Below the pieces are notes generated by a model. The model worked only from the letters and a program-made list of their open reading frames with translations, ran no database searches and was not told the origin of the DNA. A stretch of DNA of 64,000 nucleotides. Source: a virus. Its lineage: Duplodnaviria; Caudoviricetes. Shown here one piece after another: positions 1 through 9,109 of the stretch (position 1 is its first letter; each line of letters begins with the position of its first letter). The stretch is taken from positions 1-64,000 of IMG/VR virus record IMGVR_UViG_3300028914_000071. The stretch is one strand, 5' to 3'. The translations under genes and the position numbers were made by a program.

Positions 1-64
1 TCTTTACTTTTCCTTAAAACTGTGTTATAATATATATAGAAAATCAAGAAAGGAAGAAATAAAA

Positions 65-415
65 ATGGAAGATAAAATTTATATATTCGCAAGATATGAA
101 GACAACTGGGCAGACGAAATGGATATTGATAAGTGTGGAGCAACAGCTTTTACCAAAGAAGAATACGAAGAATTCCTTAAAGATATTGAAACTATTAAAA
201 ATTACACAGGAAAAGTAAGTTTTGGTATTGGCACTAATGAAAGCATGGAATACGATTGTGGAGAGGACTTTGTTAGTGCTCTTGATATTCAGATAATTTC
301 TAGGGTGGAATATAGTGTTCTTAAAAAGTTTGGTTTTGCTGAAGAAAACTCTGCTATTGATTTAGTTGATAGGGTAATGGAAAATATAGGGTGGTATATG
401 TCACATAAAGATTAA
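65..415 (+). CDS. hypothetical protein
   Basis: ORF after promoter and SD. Confidence 0.85.
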   Translation: MEDKIYIFARYEDNWADEMDIDKCGATAFTKEEYEEFLKDIETIKNYTGKVSFGIGTNESMEYDCGEDFVSALDIQIISRVEYSVLKKFGFAEENSAIDLVDRVMENIGWYMSHKD

Positions 416-453
416 AGGAGAATATAAAAGGCTAATAAGAAAGGAAACATATT

Positions 454-1590
454 ATGTTAAAGATTCAGAACTTTATAAATGAACATGAAAATTGGCGCGA
501 ACTCTTAACAGCAGCGCCATATAACTTAAAAATTGCTGAAGATGATGGCTTCGTTATCTTTAAGTATAATCAGATTGCTTCTGACTTTAACGAAGAAATC
601 TGTCAGGAGGCTCGTGGCCTTATTCTTGACTCTAGAGATAACTTCAAGGTAGTTAGAATGGCTTTTAAGAAGTTCTTCAACCTTGGTGAATCTCATGCCG
701 CAAAAATCAATTGGGATTCTGCTGTAGCAACAGAGAAGATAGATGGTTCTATTATGTCTGTATGGCATGCTCGCGGCAAGTGGCATTTAAGCACTAACGG
801 CACTATAGACGCTTTTAAGGCTCCACTTAACGGTGTCGGCCCATACAAGAACTTTGGTGAGTTATTCACTTCTGTAATGCCATTAGAAATCTTCGATGAA
901 GAACACTTCGGTAAGAATTGGGCGGACTTAAACCTCTGCTTTACTTTCGAGTTGGTTTCTCCTTACAATAAGATTGTTATAGACTATCCTGAAACAAAGG
1001 TATACTTACTTTCTATACGTGAGATGGACACACTTCACGAAATTAGTGGCGATGTAGTTAGAGCTTTTGGTAAAATTAATGGCTTCAACCTCCCACAGGA
1101 ATACAAGTTCAGAAACGAAAAGGAATTCTGTGAACTTGTAGAGTCTATGCCGGACGGTCACGAAGGTATCGTAGTACGTGATATGTATAATGAACGTGTA
1201 AAGATAAAGACAAAGAGCTACTTTGAACTTCACCGTATGGTTAACAATGGTGTTGTAACTGTGGCAAGAATGGTTGAGTTAATTCGTGTAAATGACCATG
1301 AGGAATTTCTCGCTTACTTCCCAGAGTACAAGCCAATGTTCGATAAGGTGGCAAAGCAGTTAAAGGATGTTGAAACTCTTGTTGAAAGTGTTGAAAACTA
1401 TGTTACTGCTTGGAAGGAAATTCGCGGCGAAGACCGTAAGGAATTTGCTACTAAGATAATAGAACTGACAAAGGATAACGTACCACCTGCTTTATTCTTT
1501 GCGGCTTGGGACAATAAGATTGATTCCTTTGTGGAAAAGTTAAGCACAGAAAAGTTCATTAAGATGTTTAATATAGGAGTAGACGCATGA
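454..1590 (+). CDS. ATP-dependent RNA ligase, T4 Rnl1-like
   Basis: Nucleotidyltransferase motifs TEKIDGS (I), FTFELVSP (III), EGIVV (IV), VKIK (V); 378 aa. Confidence 0.85.
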   Translation: MLKIQNFINEHENWRELLTAAPYNLKIAEDDGFVIFKYNQIASDFNEEICQEARGLILDSRDNFKVVRMAFKKFFNLGESHAAKINWDSAVATEKIDGSIMSVWHARGKWHLSTNGTIDAFKAPLNGVGPYKNFGELFTSVMPLEIFDEEHFGKNWADLNLCFTFELVSPYNKIVIDYPETKVYLLSIREMDTLHEISGDVVRAFGKINGFNLPQEYKFRNEKEFCELVESMPDGHEGIVVRDMYNERVKIKTKSYFELHRMVNNGVVTVARMVELIRVNDHEEFLAYFPEYKPMFDKVAKQLKDVETLVESVENYVTAWKEIRGEDRKEFATKIIELTKDNVPPALFFAAWDNKIDSFVEKLSTEKFIKMFNIGVDA

Positions 1591-1826
1591 GAAAGACAGA
1601 TTATTACATTTCGCTTATTTGTTCAACATTTCTTTTATCTCTTAAAACCCTTGGTATTCCTTTTATTATAGCCGGGATATGCTTCTTTATCTTCGGCTTT
1701 AAGGAATTTCCAATGTGGATTTGGTTTTTAAGTTATGGAATCTTTGAGAACTGGAAAAGCTGTAGGTCAGCATTGAATTTGATGTTGGCTGGAATGATTA
1801 GGATGGAAGATAAAGATGGAGAATGA
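1587..1826 (+). CDS. small membrane protein
   Basis: Hydrophobic ORF, ATGA overlap with ligase stop. Confidence 0.75.
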   Translation: MRKTDYYISLICSTFLLSLKTLGIPFIIAGICFFIFGFKEFPMWIWFLSYGIFENWKSCRSALNLMLAGMIRMEDKDGE

Positions 1827-2142
1827 AATCATATATGTAGAAGACCCCAGAATGATTGCTGATTATTGCCGCTGGAATATGGAAGAACAAGTGATGTTAG
1901 CCTATATTTGTGAAGAACTCAAAGAACTTGCCGGCAAGGGCGGTGGAGAAATAGCAACTAAAGCTAAAACAAACGCAGATATAAGAATGTTAATTGAAGA
2001 ATTTAACAAAAGAAATCTTAACAACAATACAATAGTTTTTGATTCGTGTGGAGGTTGTATTTATGACGGAAGAAGAGAAGATGATGGCTCGCTTAGGAAA
2101 AATGTTTTCCCAAGAGCCACGATATACACCAAGCGAGACTGA
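1816..2142 (+). CDS. hypothetical protein
   Basis: Coupled ORF in operon. Confidence 0.8.
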   Translation: MENEIIYVEDPRMIADYCRWNMEEQVMLAYICEELKELAGKGGGEIATKAKTNADIRMLIEEFNKRNLNNNTIVFDSCGGCIYDGRREDDGSLRKNVFPRATIYTKRD

Positions 2143-2262
2143 GGATAGTATTCGCGGCATGATAATTAATATGTTAGACCACTTGGAAAAATCTAACAAC
2201 ACTTTACAAAAACCTTAATCTATGTTATAATATATATAGAAAATCAGAAAGGAGTTAATAAT

Positions 2263-2568
2263 ATGATGTCATATGAAAACTTTAATATTTTTATGAATAA
2301 ACTTATCGACAAGATGGAATGTGCTGAGGAATTTTATGATAAGGTTGACAATGCTCTTGGCAATGGTACTTGTGAATTAATTATTGAGAATAGCGGTATT
2401 TATCTCGCAGTTCAGATTCTTGCTACAGCAGTTAATGATGCGGACGATTGGATTGAATACTTCTTCTATGAAGCAGACCGAAAGCCGTTCACCGCCACAG
2501 TTGATGAAAGAGAAATTATAATCGCAAACAACAAAGACCTTTATCAGTTAATTACGGGAGTGATTTGA
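2263..2568 (+). CDS. hypothetical protein
   Basis: ORF after promoter and SD. Confidence 0.85.
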   Translation: MMSYENFNIFMNKLIDKMECAEEFYDKVDNALGNGTCELIIENSGIYLAVQILATAVNDADDWIEYFFYEADRKPFTATVDEREIIIANNKDLYQLITGVI

Positions 2569-2724
2569 TGGAAGTTTATTTAGTTTACGGCTATGATAAC
2601 GAAGGATACAGAGTTCTGTTATCTATCGCGGCTTCAGAAGAAGTGGCAGACCGACTTATATCAGAATATAAGTACGACTATCACGACTGTTTTGCACAGA
2701 TGTGGAAAGTTAAGGAGTGAGATT

Positions 2725-3297
2725 GTGACTATAGGAATTGACATTGATAATGTTTTGGTAAACACTACAGAAAGTGTGCTGGAATATTTGAATGAACGAA
2801 CAGGGCTTAATCTTAAACTAGAGGACATTAAGACCTATAGCATTGAGGATTATGTTCCAAAGGAAAATAGATTGCTTGTTCCCGAAGCCTTTGAATCAAA
2901 GCATATGTGGAAAAAGGTTGATTTTATTGAGGGCGCAACGGCAGTAATAAGAAATTTGGTTAATGATGGTCATGAGATTTACTTTGCTACGGCTACTTTG
3001 CCGGAAAATCTTAAAAAGAAAATGAATCATCTTTCAAGGAATCTCGAATTTCTTGGACTCGATTACATCAAAAGCCACACAATATGTATCACCAACAAAC
3101 AGTTGCTTAGGTTTGATGTAATGATAGACGATTATCTTGGTAATCTTTGCGGCGAAAGAACATATGAATCTATTTGCCTAGATTATCCGTGGAATCAGCC
3201 TACGGATGAAACTGTAAATGATAAGCATTTTCATAGAGTATATAACTGGCACGAAGTTTACGTATATATAAGATTTTTATTGGACAAGGAGTATTAA
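2725..3297 (+). CDS. HAD-family 5'(3')-deoxyribonucleotidase-like protein
   Basis: IGIDIDNVL (DxD) and MIDDY motifs; GTG start after TAAGGAG (ORF track starts at 2593). Confidence 0.8.
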   Translation: MTIGIDIDNVLVNTTESVLEYLNERTGLNLKLEDIKTYSIEDYVPKENRLLVPEAFESKHMWKKVDFIEGATAVIRNLVNDGHEIYFATATLPENLKKKMNHLSRNLEFLGLDYIKSHTICITNKQLLRFDVMIDDYLGNLCGERTYESICLDYPWNQPTDETVNDKHFHRVYNWHEVYVYIRFLLDKEY

Positions 3298-3299
3298 TT

Positions 3300-3806
3300 A
3301 TGTTTGAATATAAGGGTAAGACTTATGAAGGCGCACAGGCATTACTTGATAATTATACCGAGCTTGATAAGAAATATTATGATTTTTGCGTTGACAAGGA
3401 ATTCAGAGAAAAGCATGATGAAGCTTGGGACGCTGTATTCGCATATTGGATGAAACTCCTTAGAGATGCTACAATTGGTATGAAAGATGTTCCGGAAGAT
3501 GACTATGATGAAGTTTATTACGGCTTACTTGATGAAATCAACATTTTAGTAAGATTTATTTTTGAGTCAGATTGTGCAACTGATTATGAAGTTACATACA
3601 GTGACATAGAAAAAGGCTACGAAGTCTGCACTTATTACTTTGAAGACTTTGCACCAAGCAATCTCGTTTTTGGTATTGAAGCTACTCGCTCTCCATATAA
3701 TGGCATTGAATTTGGTGGCGATGTAAAACCAACAGCATATGTTAAGGTGCCAGTAACAAAATATGAATATAGACCAATAGGTCATGGAAGTGATGAAAAT
3801 GAGTGA
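3300..3806 (+). CDS. hypothetical protein
   Basis: Coupled ORF. Confidence 0.8.
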   Translation: MFEYKGKTYEGAQALLDNYTELDKKYYDFCVDKEFREKHDEAWDAVFAYWMKLLRDATIGMKDVPEDDYDEVYYGLLDEINILVRFIFESDCATDYEVTYSDIEKGYEVCTYYFEDFAPSNLVFGIEATRSPYNGIEFGGDVKPTAYVKVPVTKYEYRPIGHGSDENE

Positions 3807-4281
3807 TGAAATTCGTATTCCAAAGGCTCTAAAGAGTGTGGATTATTACAAACACCTCAAAGAAAAGCTAAAGGAACAACAGTCTAAGATAGACTTGGCA
3901 AGGGCAGAAGCATACGAAATTCAAGGTGAAATAGAGTGTTTTCAGCAAGAGAAGTTACAATCTCTTGTTGGTAGATTCTTCAAAACTAAGGATAATGATG
4001 TGTTTGTGGTTACAGGAGTTCCTAAGCCAACTTACACTATGATTGATAAGCATTTCAACCCTTATCAGATACCTGTTTTAATAGCGACTTTTGCCGGTCC
4101 AAAAGAGAAGATTCTCGGTAAGGAAATATATATTGAAAGAGAAACTGTGTTTAGTAGGGCGGTTGATGCAGATGACCCCGAAGAAAAGTTTCTTAAAGAG
4201 TATGTTGAAATAACTAAGGCAGAGTTTCTTGCCGCGATAGTTAATAACTTAGAAGATATAGTTGATTCAATAGGAGAATGA
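3784..4281 (+). CDS. hypothetical protein
   Basis: Coupled ORF; start may be 3799. Confidence 0.8.
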   Translation: MEVMKMSDEIRIPKALKSVDYYKHLKEKLKEQQSKIDLARAEAYEIQGEIECFQQEKLQSLVGRFFKTKDNDVFVVTGVPKPTYTMIDKHFNPYQIPVLIATFAGPKEKILGKEIYIERETVFSRAVDADDPEEKFLKEYVEITKAEFLAAIVNNLEDIVDSIGE

Positions 4282-4646
4282 TTATGGCTAAATTGTTATA
4301 TAAACCTTTAGGCTCTATGGAGGGCAGACGTAGTGTTCAGTTATACAAAGAATATCTTAAGGTAAAAGGTAACTTTCCTATGTATAAAGTTGGTAGGATG
4401 CTTGCTTTTTTAAGCGTTTCAACTGCTACAGATGACATGGAACTTGTAAATAACTTTGTTGAAATGTGCGGCGGATTACTTAATGATAACCTTGGCGTAA
4501 TGGAAATACACATTGATGGTGATTTTAGCGACGCAGTTGTTGACTCCATTTTAGACTTTGCTGAATACTGGCTTGGTGATGTAATGGATTATATAGGTTT
4601 ATCTGACAATTCTATTATCTTTGGTGTAAAGCCTGAATTTATTTGA
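4278..4646 (+). CDS. hypothetical protein
   Basis: ATGA-coupled ORF. Confidence 0.8.
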   Translation: MIMAKLLYKPLGSMEGRRSVQLYKEYLKVKGNFPMYKVGRMLAFLSVSTATDDMELVNNFVEMCGGLLNDNLGVMEIHIDGDFSDAVVDSILDFAEYWLGDVMDYIGLSDNSIIFGVKPEFI

Positions 4647-4717
4647 GGGCTTTTAAAAATAAATTACATATTAGTATCGCGGCGAAAACCGTGAAATAAA
4701 AATCGAGGTGAATTTAA

Positions 4718-4966
4718 ATGAAGAAGATTGCACTTGCTGCACTTGTTGCTGTAATGGCAGTTGCTTGCTTCGCTTGCACCGCTCCTGGTTCTGAATCAAG
4801 CGATAAGGTAGAAGAAACAACTGTAGTATCTGAAACTGTTCTTGAAACAGAAGCAGAAACAACTGTTGAATCTACTGAAGCTGAAACAGAAGCAGTTACA
4901 ACAGAAGCTGAAACAGTTCTCGAAACAGAAGCAGAAGTATCTGAAACTGTTCTCGAAACAGAATAA
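4718..4966 (+). CDS. small lipoprotein with Glu/Thr-rich repeats
   Basis: MKK + hydrophobic signal ending FAC; ETVLETE repeats; SD GAGGTG. Confidence 0.75.
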   Translation: MKKIALAALVAVMAVACFACTAPGSESSDKVEETTVVSETVLETEAETTVESTEAETEAVTTEAETVLETEAEVSETVLETE

Positions 4967-5075
4967 TAGCCTAAGAAGGACAACTTTACTCAACTAAACC
5001 CCACGTGGAAGTGGTGAAACTCCCCGATTGGGATGGTATGGCATCCTAGGAGTGTTGGCTCCACCATACATATTT

Positions 5076-5148
5076 TGCGGCTTGGTGAAAATAGTTATCA
5101 CGTGTCCCTCATAAGGATAAGTTCGGGGTGCAAGTCCCCGAGCCGCGA
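5076..5148 (+). tRNA. tRNA-Met or Ile2 (CAT)
   Basis: Cloverleaf, anticodon arm TGTCC-CTCATAA-GGATA. Confidence 0.85.
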
Positions 5149-5163
5149 TTCGAGGTGTATTAT

Positions 5164-5334
5164 ATGAAACAAGACCTTATTGAAATTGAAGCATTTTGTC
5201 AAGTAGAGGGCTGCTGTTTTGGTTGCCCATATGAAGACGAATGTTTTGACCAATATCTCATGTATGGCTTTATGCACGCAAAGGATTGGATGGAACACTT
5301 TACCTGTATTTTCTATGCGGAAGGAGAAGTCTAA
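5164..5334 (+). CDS. small Cys-containing hypothetical protein
   Basis: ATG after GAGGTG; ORF-track start at 5128 lies inside the tRNA. Confidence 0.7.
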   Translation: MKQDLIEIEAFCQVEGCCFGCPYEDECFDQYLMYGFMHAKDWMEHFTCIFYAEGEV

Positions 5335-5417
5335 TTGGAAAAATTTATAAAATATTGACTTTTTCAAAAAATTGTGTTATAATATATATAGAAAGTTAAG
5401 AGAAAGGACTTGAAGAT

Positions 5418-6188
5418 ATGACACTTAAAGAAAAAGCAACAAGATTCCTCAACGATAAGGCATCTGACCTCTTTGAGATGCTCAGAACAACAGAGCTTAC
5501 TTATGATGCAGAACTTGGTTTTGTTGAAAAGTTACAGTTTGAAGAAGCTGGTTATCACCCAGTTTATGGTATGACAAAGGTTTGCTTTGTTTTTGATGAA
5601 TTTGTAATCAAGACAGGCTTTGACTACAAGGTTACATATCCATCAATCGGTGGTGGTGTTACAAAGAAGGTTGTAGACCTCGAAGATGCTTGCGAAACTG
5701 AATATCTTGCATACAGAAAGGCTGTTGAAGAAGGTCTTGATGAGTTCTTCTTTGAAACAGATTCTCTTGGTTATGGTATCTATGTTCAGGAAAAGTGCGA
5801 AGAATCACTTCAGGATGCTAGAGTTTCTAGAGATGAATTTGATTCTATTACAAAAGAGTATAACGAGTATGAAATGGAGTGTGCAATTGATGCTCTCGTG
5901 GGTTCTATCTCAAAAGAAGAAGCTGAGGTTGACATCGACGAGTATACAACAGTTGGTGATTCTGTAAGATACATCGACTCTTATCTTAAGGAAGACTGTG
6001 TAACAAACTTTCTTCAGACTTATGATAGTGATAGAATGGTTAGACTTGCAAGATTCCTCTTTAACTATGACATCACAGATATTCACGATGCAAACGTTGG
6101 TTTCGACAAGGTTGGTAAACTTAGAATTTTTGATTTTAGTGGTTTCTGCTCTTCTACAAGAGAGCTGGTGAAAGGAGTAAAGGCATGA
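5418..6188 (+). CDS. protein kinase-like fold protein
   Basis: FVIKTG, YVQEK, DIHDANVG and IFDFSG motifs in kinase order. Confidence 0.65.
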   Translation: MTLKEKATRFLNDKASDLFEMLRTTELTYDAELGFVEKLQFEEAGYHPVYGMTKVCFVFDEFVIKTGFDYKVTYPSIGGGVTKKVVDLEDACETEYLAYRKAVEEGLDEFFFETDSLGYGIYVQEKCEESLQDARVSRDEFDSITKEYNEYEMECAIDALVGSISKEEAEVDIDEYTTVGDSVRYIDSYLKEDCVTNFLQTYDSDRMVRLARFLFNYDITDIHDANVGFDKVGKLRIFDFSGFCSSTRELVKGVKA

Positions 6189-6553
6189 TTTGGTTGATTG
6201 TAACGGTTATTTCGCTTGTGGTGTTAATTGTTAGTTTTTTAAGGGATGAGCTTGAAGTGGCTGCTGTTTTTGCAGTTCTGTTATCTCTTGAAATTATAGT
6301 AGGGGCGTGTGTTAGATACGTTGAAACACCTTCTGATATGGATATAGAAGATATAACTGCCAGACTTGAATGTGATTCAGAATATCTTAATGTTCAGGCA
6401 TATATGGATGCTGTTAAGTATAATGAACGAGTTGAGTGTACACGTGAGCTTGGTGATTCTATATGGTTCGGCGCGATTGTTAAGAAGAGAGATAAACTGG
6501 CTGACCCAATACCTCTTGAAGGCTATAAAATTACCAAAAATTGTAAGGATTAA
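6185..6553 (+). CDS. membrane protein
   Basis: Two N-terminal hydrophobic segments. Confidence 0.8.
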   Translation: MIWLIVTVISLVVLIVSFLRDELEVAAVFAVLLSLEIIVGACVRYVETPSDMDIEDITARLECDSEYLNVQAYMDAVKYNERVECTRELGDSIWFGAIVKKRDKLADPIPLEGYKITKNCKD

Positions 6554-6616
6554 GTTTCTTAACTCTTTACAAAAACAGAAATCTATGTTATAATATATAT
6601 AGAAAATAAAGAAAGG

Positions 6617-7171
6617 ATGTTGTTTATGGGACAGGAATTAACAGTTACAATGCAGTTTAAAAATAGAAAAACCGGTGTAAAGTCAGAATTTCTTATGGCT
6701 TATTGGCGCAAAGGTTGGTCAATGACCGATGAAATTATAAGGTTCATCAATGATACCGCTAGTTCAGAAATTATTAGTGAAGACGAGCAGTCGTATATAC
6801 TTGAATCTAATTTTATTTACAGTTTAAAGGATTTTCTTTACGAGCAGTTAGGTGATACAGAGTCTTACTCCTTTAGTAATTCATTTTGGGGTTCGTACAC
6901 TTGTTATCAGCAGACAATTCGTCAGTTTAGAAATATAACAGCATGGATTCAGTTTTATGCAAATCGTTTTAATGTGCTTGATGAAATTGAAAATGCAACA
7001 GCAAGTGATGAACAGCCATGTTTTGATGGTTGTTTTGACCCAGACGCTCTTGGAGATATGTTTGTAGAGTATTCAGAAAGTGAAGCAAAAGATAAGGAAA
7101 AAGAATTTGTTTATATTTTACATCACCTTGGTGATTATGATATAACAATTGAAGTTCTTAACTCTTATTAA
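6617..7171 (+). CDS. hypothetical protein
   Basis: ORF after promoter and SD. Confidence 0.8.
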   Translation: MLFMGQELTVTMQFKNRKTGVKSEFLMAYWRKGWSMTDEIIRFINDTASSEIISEDEQSYILESNFIYSLKDFLYEQLGDTESYSFSNSFWGSYTCYQQTIRQFRNITAWIQFYANRFNVLDEIENATASDEQPCFDGCFDPDALGDMFVEYSESEAKDKEKEFVYILHHLGDYDITIEVLNSY

Positions 7172-7243
7172 TCTCTTTACAAAAACCGAAATCTATGGTA
7201 TAATAGATATAGAAAGTGAGAGAGAGAAATCTCTCACAAATAC

Positions 7244-7320
7244 TGGCCTGTGATGAAGCGGTCTAACATAGTAGCCTTTGACACTACCATTTTTCCTGGG
7301 TTCGAATCCCAGCGGGCCAA
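7244..7320 (+). tRNA. tRNA-Gln (TTG)
   Basis: Cloverleaf, loop CTTTGAC. Confidence 0.9.
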
Positions 7321-7352
7321 TCAAATTTTTAATTTAGAAAGGATTTTTAATT

Positions 7353-7751
7353 ATGGGTTATTACACAAGATTTTATATGGGAATTAGAGATAAAGAGGGT
7401 TATGTTAATGATGAACATAAACTTTATGATAAAATTGCTTGTAAGGTTTATAATGTTTGGGCAGGCACAGATATAACTGACTTTTCAGATGGTCAACTTG
7501 AAACCGCAAGAGAAACCCTTGAAGAGTTTTTCGAGGGTGAAAAAGAAGGCAAGTGGTATGAGCATGAGGAAGATATGAAAAAGATTTCCGCAGATTTTCC
7601 CGGCATTGACTTCGTTCTTGAAGGTCTTGGTGAAAGACGTGATGATTGGTGGATAAAGGTTTTTAGGGATGGCGAACTTGTTAGTGAGCATTATGCTGAA
7701 ATTATCGCTCCAAAGTGTCCAAAAATGTATTTTGCAAATCCGGATTTTTAA
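7353..7751 (+). CDS. hypothetical protein
   Basis: ORF with SD. Confidence 0.85.
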   Translation: MGYYTRFYMGIRDKEGYVNDEHKLYDKIACKVYNVWAGTDITDFSDGQLETARETLEEFFEGEKEGKWYEHEEDMKKISADFPGIDFVLEGLGERRDDWWIKVFRDGELVSEHYAEIIAPKCPKMYFANPDF

Positions 7752-7914
7752 AAAGTGAAACACTTTACAAAATCTGAAATTTATGTTATAATAAATATAG
7801 AAATTGAGAAAAGAGTATTTCAAAACATTTGTGAAACTTCGGTTCGATTCCGGGGTAGGTGCTCTAAGGAGCGAACTGCTGGTTGCAATATCAAAGTCAA
7901 TTTCTTAAAAATAT

Positions 7915-7986
7915 AGGCTTCTAGTTTAACGGTAGAATGGCTGCCTCCAAAGCAGAAAGATGTGGGTTCGAATCCTACGGGGCCTG
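7915..7986 (+). tRNA. tRNA-Trp (CCA)
   Basis: Cloverleaf, loop CTCCAAA. Confidence 0.9.
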
Positions 7987-8015
7987 TCCATAGAGGAGAT
8001 AACCTCTATAAAAGA

Positions 8016-8230
8016 ACCGTGTTTGTCAACTACACGTTAATATAAGTTGAAAATTGCGCCATCAGCACCACCCAATGTGGATGGACGTGGAAGTAATGGT
8101 CCACCCTGGCACCCAAATGATAGTAATATCATGTGTCAGGTAGCCGAGAGCATGAAGACAAGTTCTTCTCCGACAATCGGACGCACGGGAGAGCGAAACC
8201 ACACCCCTACCGGGAGGTTGCCCGGATAAT
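8016..8230 (+). ncRNA. unassigned structured RNA
   Basis: Stems CCTGGCAC/GTGTCAGG, ATGATA-GTAA-TATCAT and CCGGG/CCCGG between two tRNAs. Confidence 0.5.
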
Positions 8231-8318
8231 GCACAGGTGCCGAAGTGGTCATAACGGCGTAGACTTGAAATCTTCTGTGGCGGAAGCCCCGTGGGTTCGA
8301 ATCCCACCCTGTGCGCCA
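8231..8318 (+). tRNA. tRNA-Ser (TGA)
   Basis: Long variable arm, loop CTTGAAA, encoded CCA. Confidence 0.92.
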
Positions 8319-8323
8319 AATAA

Positions 8324-8398
8324 TTCCGCTTCGTCTAATTGGTAGGACGCCGCCCTCTGAAGGCGTGAATGGGAGTTCAACTCTCTCAGCGGAAACCA
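8324..8398 (+). tRNA. tRNA-Gln (CTG)
   Basis: Loop CTCTGAA, encoded CCA. Confidence 0.9.
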
Positions 8399-8402
8399 AA
8401 AT

Positions 8403-8475
8403 GCCGTTGTAGCCCAGTTAGTAGAGCGCGTGCCTGAAGAGCATGAGGTCGAAGGTGCGAATCCTTCCGGCGGCA
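8403..8475 (+). tRNA. tRNA-Phe (GAA)
   Basis: Loop CTGAAGA. Confidence 0.9.
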
Positions 8476-8481
8476 CTTAAT

Positions 8482-8554
8482 ACCCTTGTAAGCTAATTGG
8501 ATAAACTAAGGGTCTTCTACACCTTTTTTCTCAGTTCAAGCCTGAGCAAGGGTA
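8482..8554 (+). tRNA. tRNA-Arg (TCT)
   Basis: Loop CTTCTAC. Confidence 0.88.
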
Positions 8555-8602
8555 CTTAATTTATAATCTTCAGCCCGTTAGAAGTAAAATGGCGGGGCAC
8601 CT

Positions 8603-8692
8603 GGTCACATAAGCCTAATGGTAAGGCAGTTGTTTGCTAAACAATGAGTAATCGGCTATGCCGGTGTTTAGGTTCAAGTCCTAATGTGACCG
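8603..8692 (+). tRNA. tRNA-Ser (GCT)
   Basis: Long variable arm, loop TTGCTAA. Confidence 0.9.
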
Positions 8693-8701
8693 CTTAATAA
8701 T

Positions 8702-8777
8702 GACGGTATGGCGAAGTGGTTTAACGTGGCTGGCCGCAACCCAGTTATTTTCGTAGGTTCGAATCCTACTACCGCCT
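8702..8777 (+). tRNA. tRNA-Cys (GCA)
   Basis: Loop CCGCAAC, U73. Confidence 0.88.
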
Positions 8778-8780
8778 TAT

Positions 8781-8854
8781 GTGCCATTAGCTTAATTGGC
8801 TAAAGCAACTGACTCTTAATCAGAAGACTCTGGGTTCAAGTCCCAGATGGCGCA
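8781..8854 (+). tRNA. tRNA-Lys (CTT)
   Basis: Loop CTCTTAA. Confidence 0.9.
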
Positions 8855-8859
8855 CTTAA

Positions 8860-9030
8860 TGTATTTATGTTTCAAAGCTGCGACATGAGGTTCGTTGATT
8901 TTTGGCATAGTGCATTAACGTCCCTGTAAACGAGAACAGGCGCGAACATATTCAAACCTATGTGTTAAGGTGAAAGGTTAAGACTTGGCGGCAACCGAGA
9001 TAGTAGTAGCGCGCGCTACATTGCCTATAA
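8860..9030 (+). ncRNA. unassigned structured RNA
   Basis: Nested stems ACATGAGGTT/AACCTATGT, CGTTGAT/ATTAACG, CCTGT/ACAGG, CTTGG/CCGAG. Confidence 0.45.
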
Positions 9031-9032
9031 AT

Positions 9033-9106
9033 CGGCATGTGATGGAACTGGCATACGTGCTCGGCTAAGAACCGAGATTTTGTGGGTTCGAATCCCACCT
9101 TGCCGA
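9033..9106 (+). tRNA. tRNA-Leu (AAG), short variable region
   Basis: Stem CTCGG/CCGAG, loop CTAAGAA, A73, Leu-type D loop. Confidence 0.8.
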
Positions 9107-9109
9107 CTT

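Noticed and set aside
7991-8235. preQ1-like hairpin at 7991 and twister- or pistol-like fragments
   Set aside because: Only short sequence resemblances; required loops and conserved core residues are missing.
8482-8554. Amber suppressor tRNA (the loop contains CTA)
   Set aside because: The 7-nt loop CTTCTAC centres on TCT (Arg). No splice register of the 10378 gene gives a 7-nt loop with CUA either.
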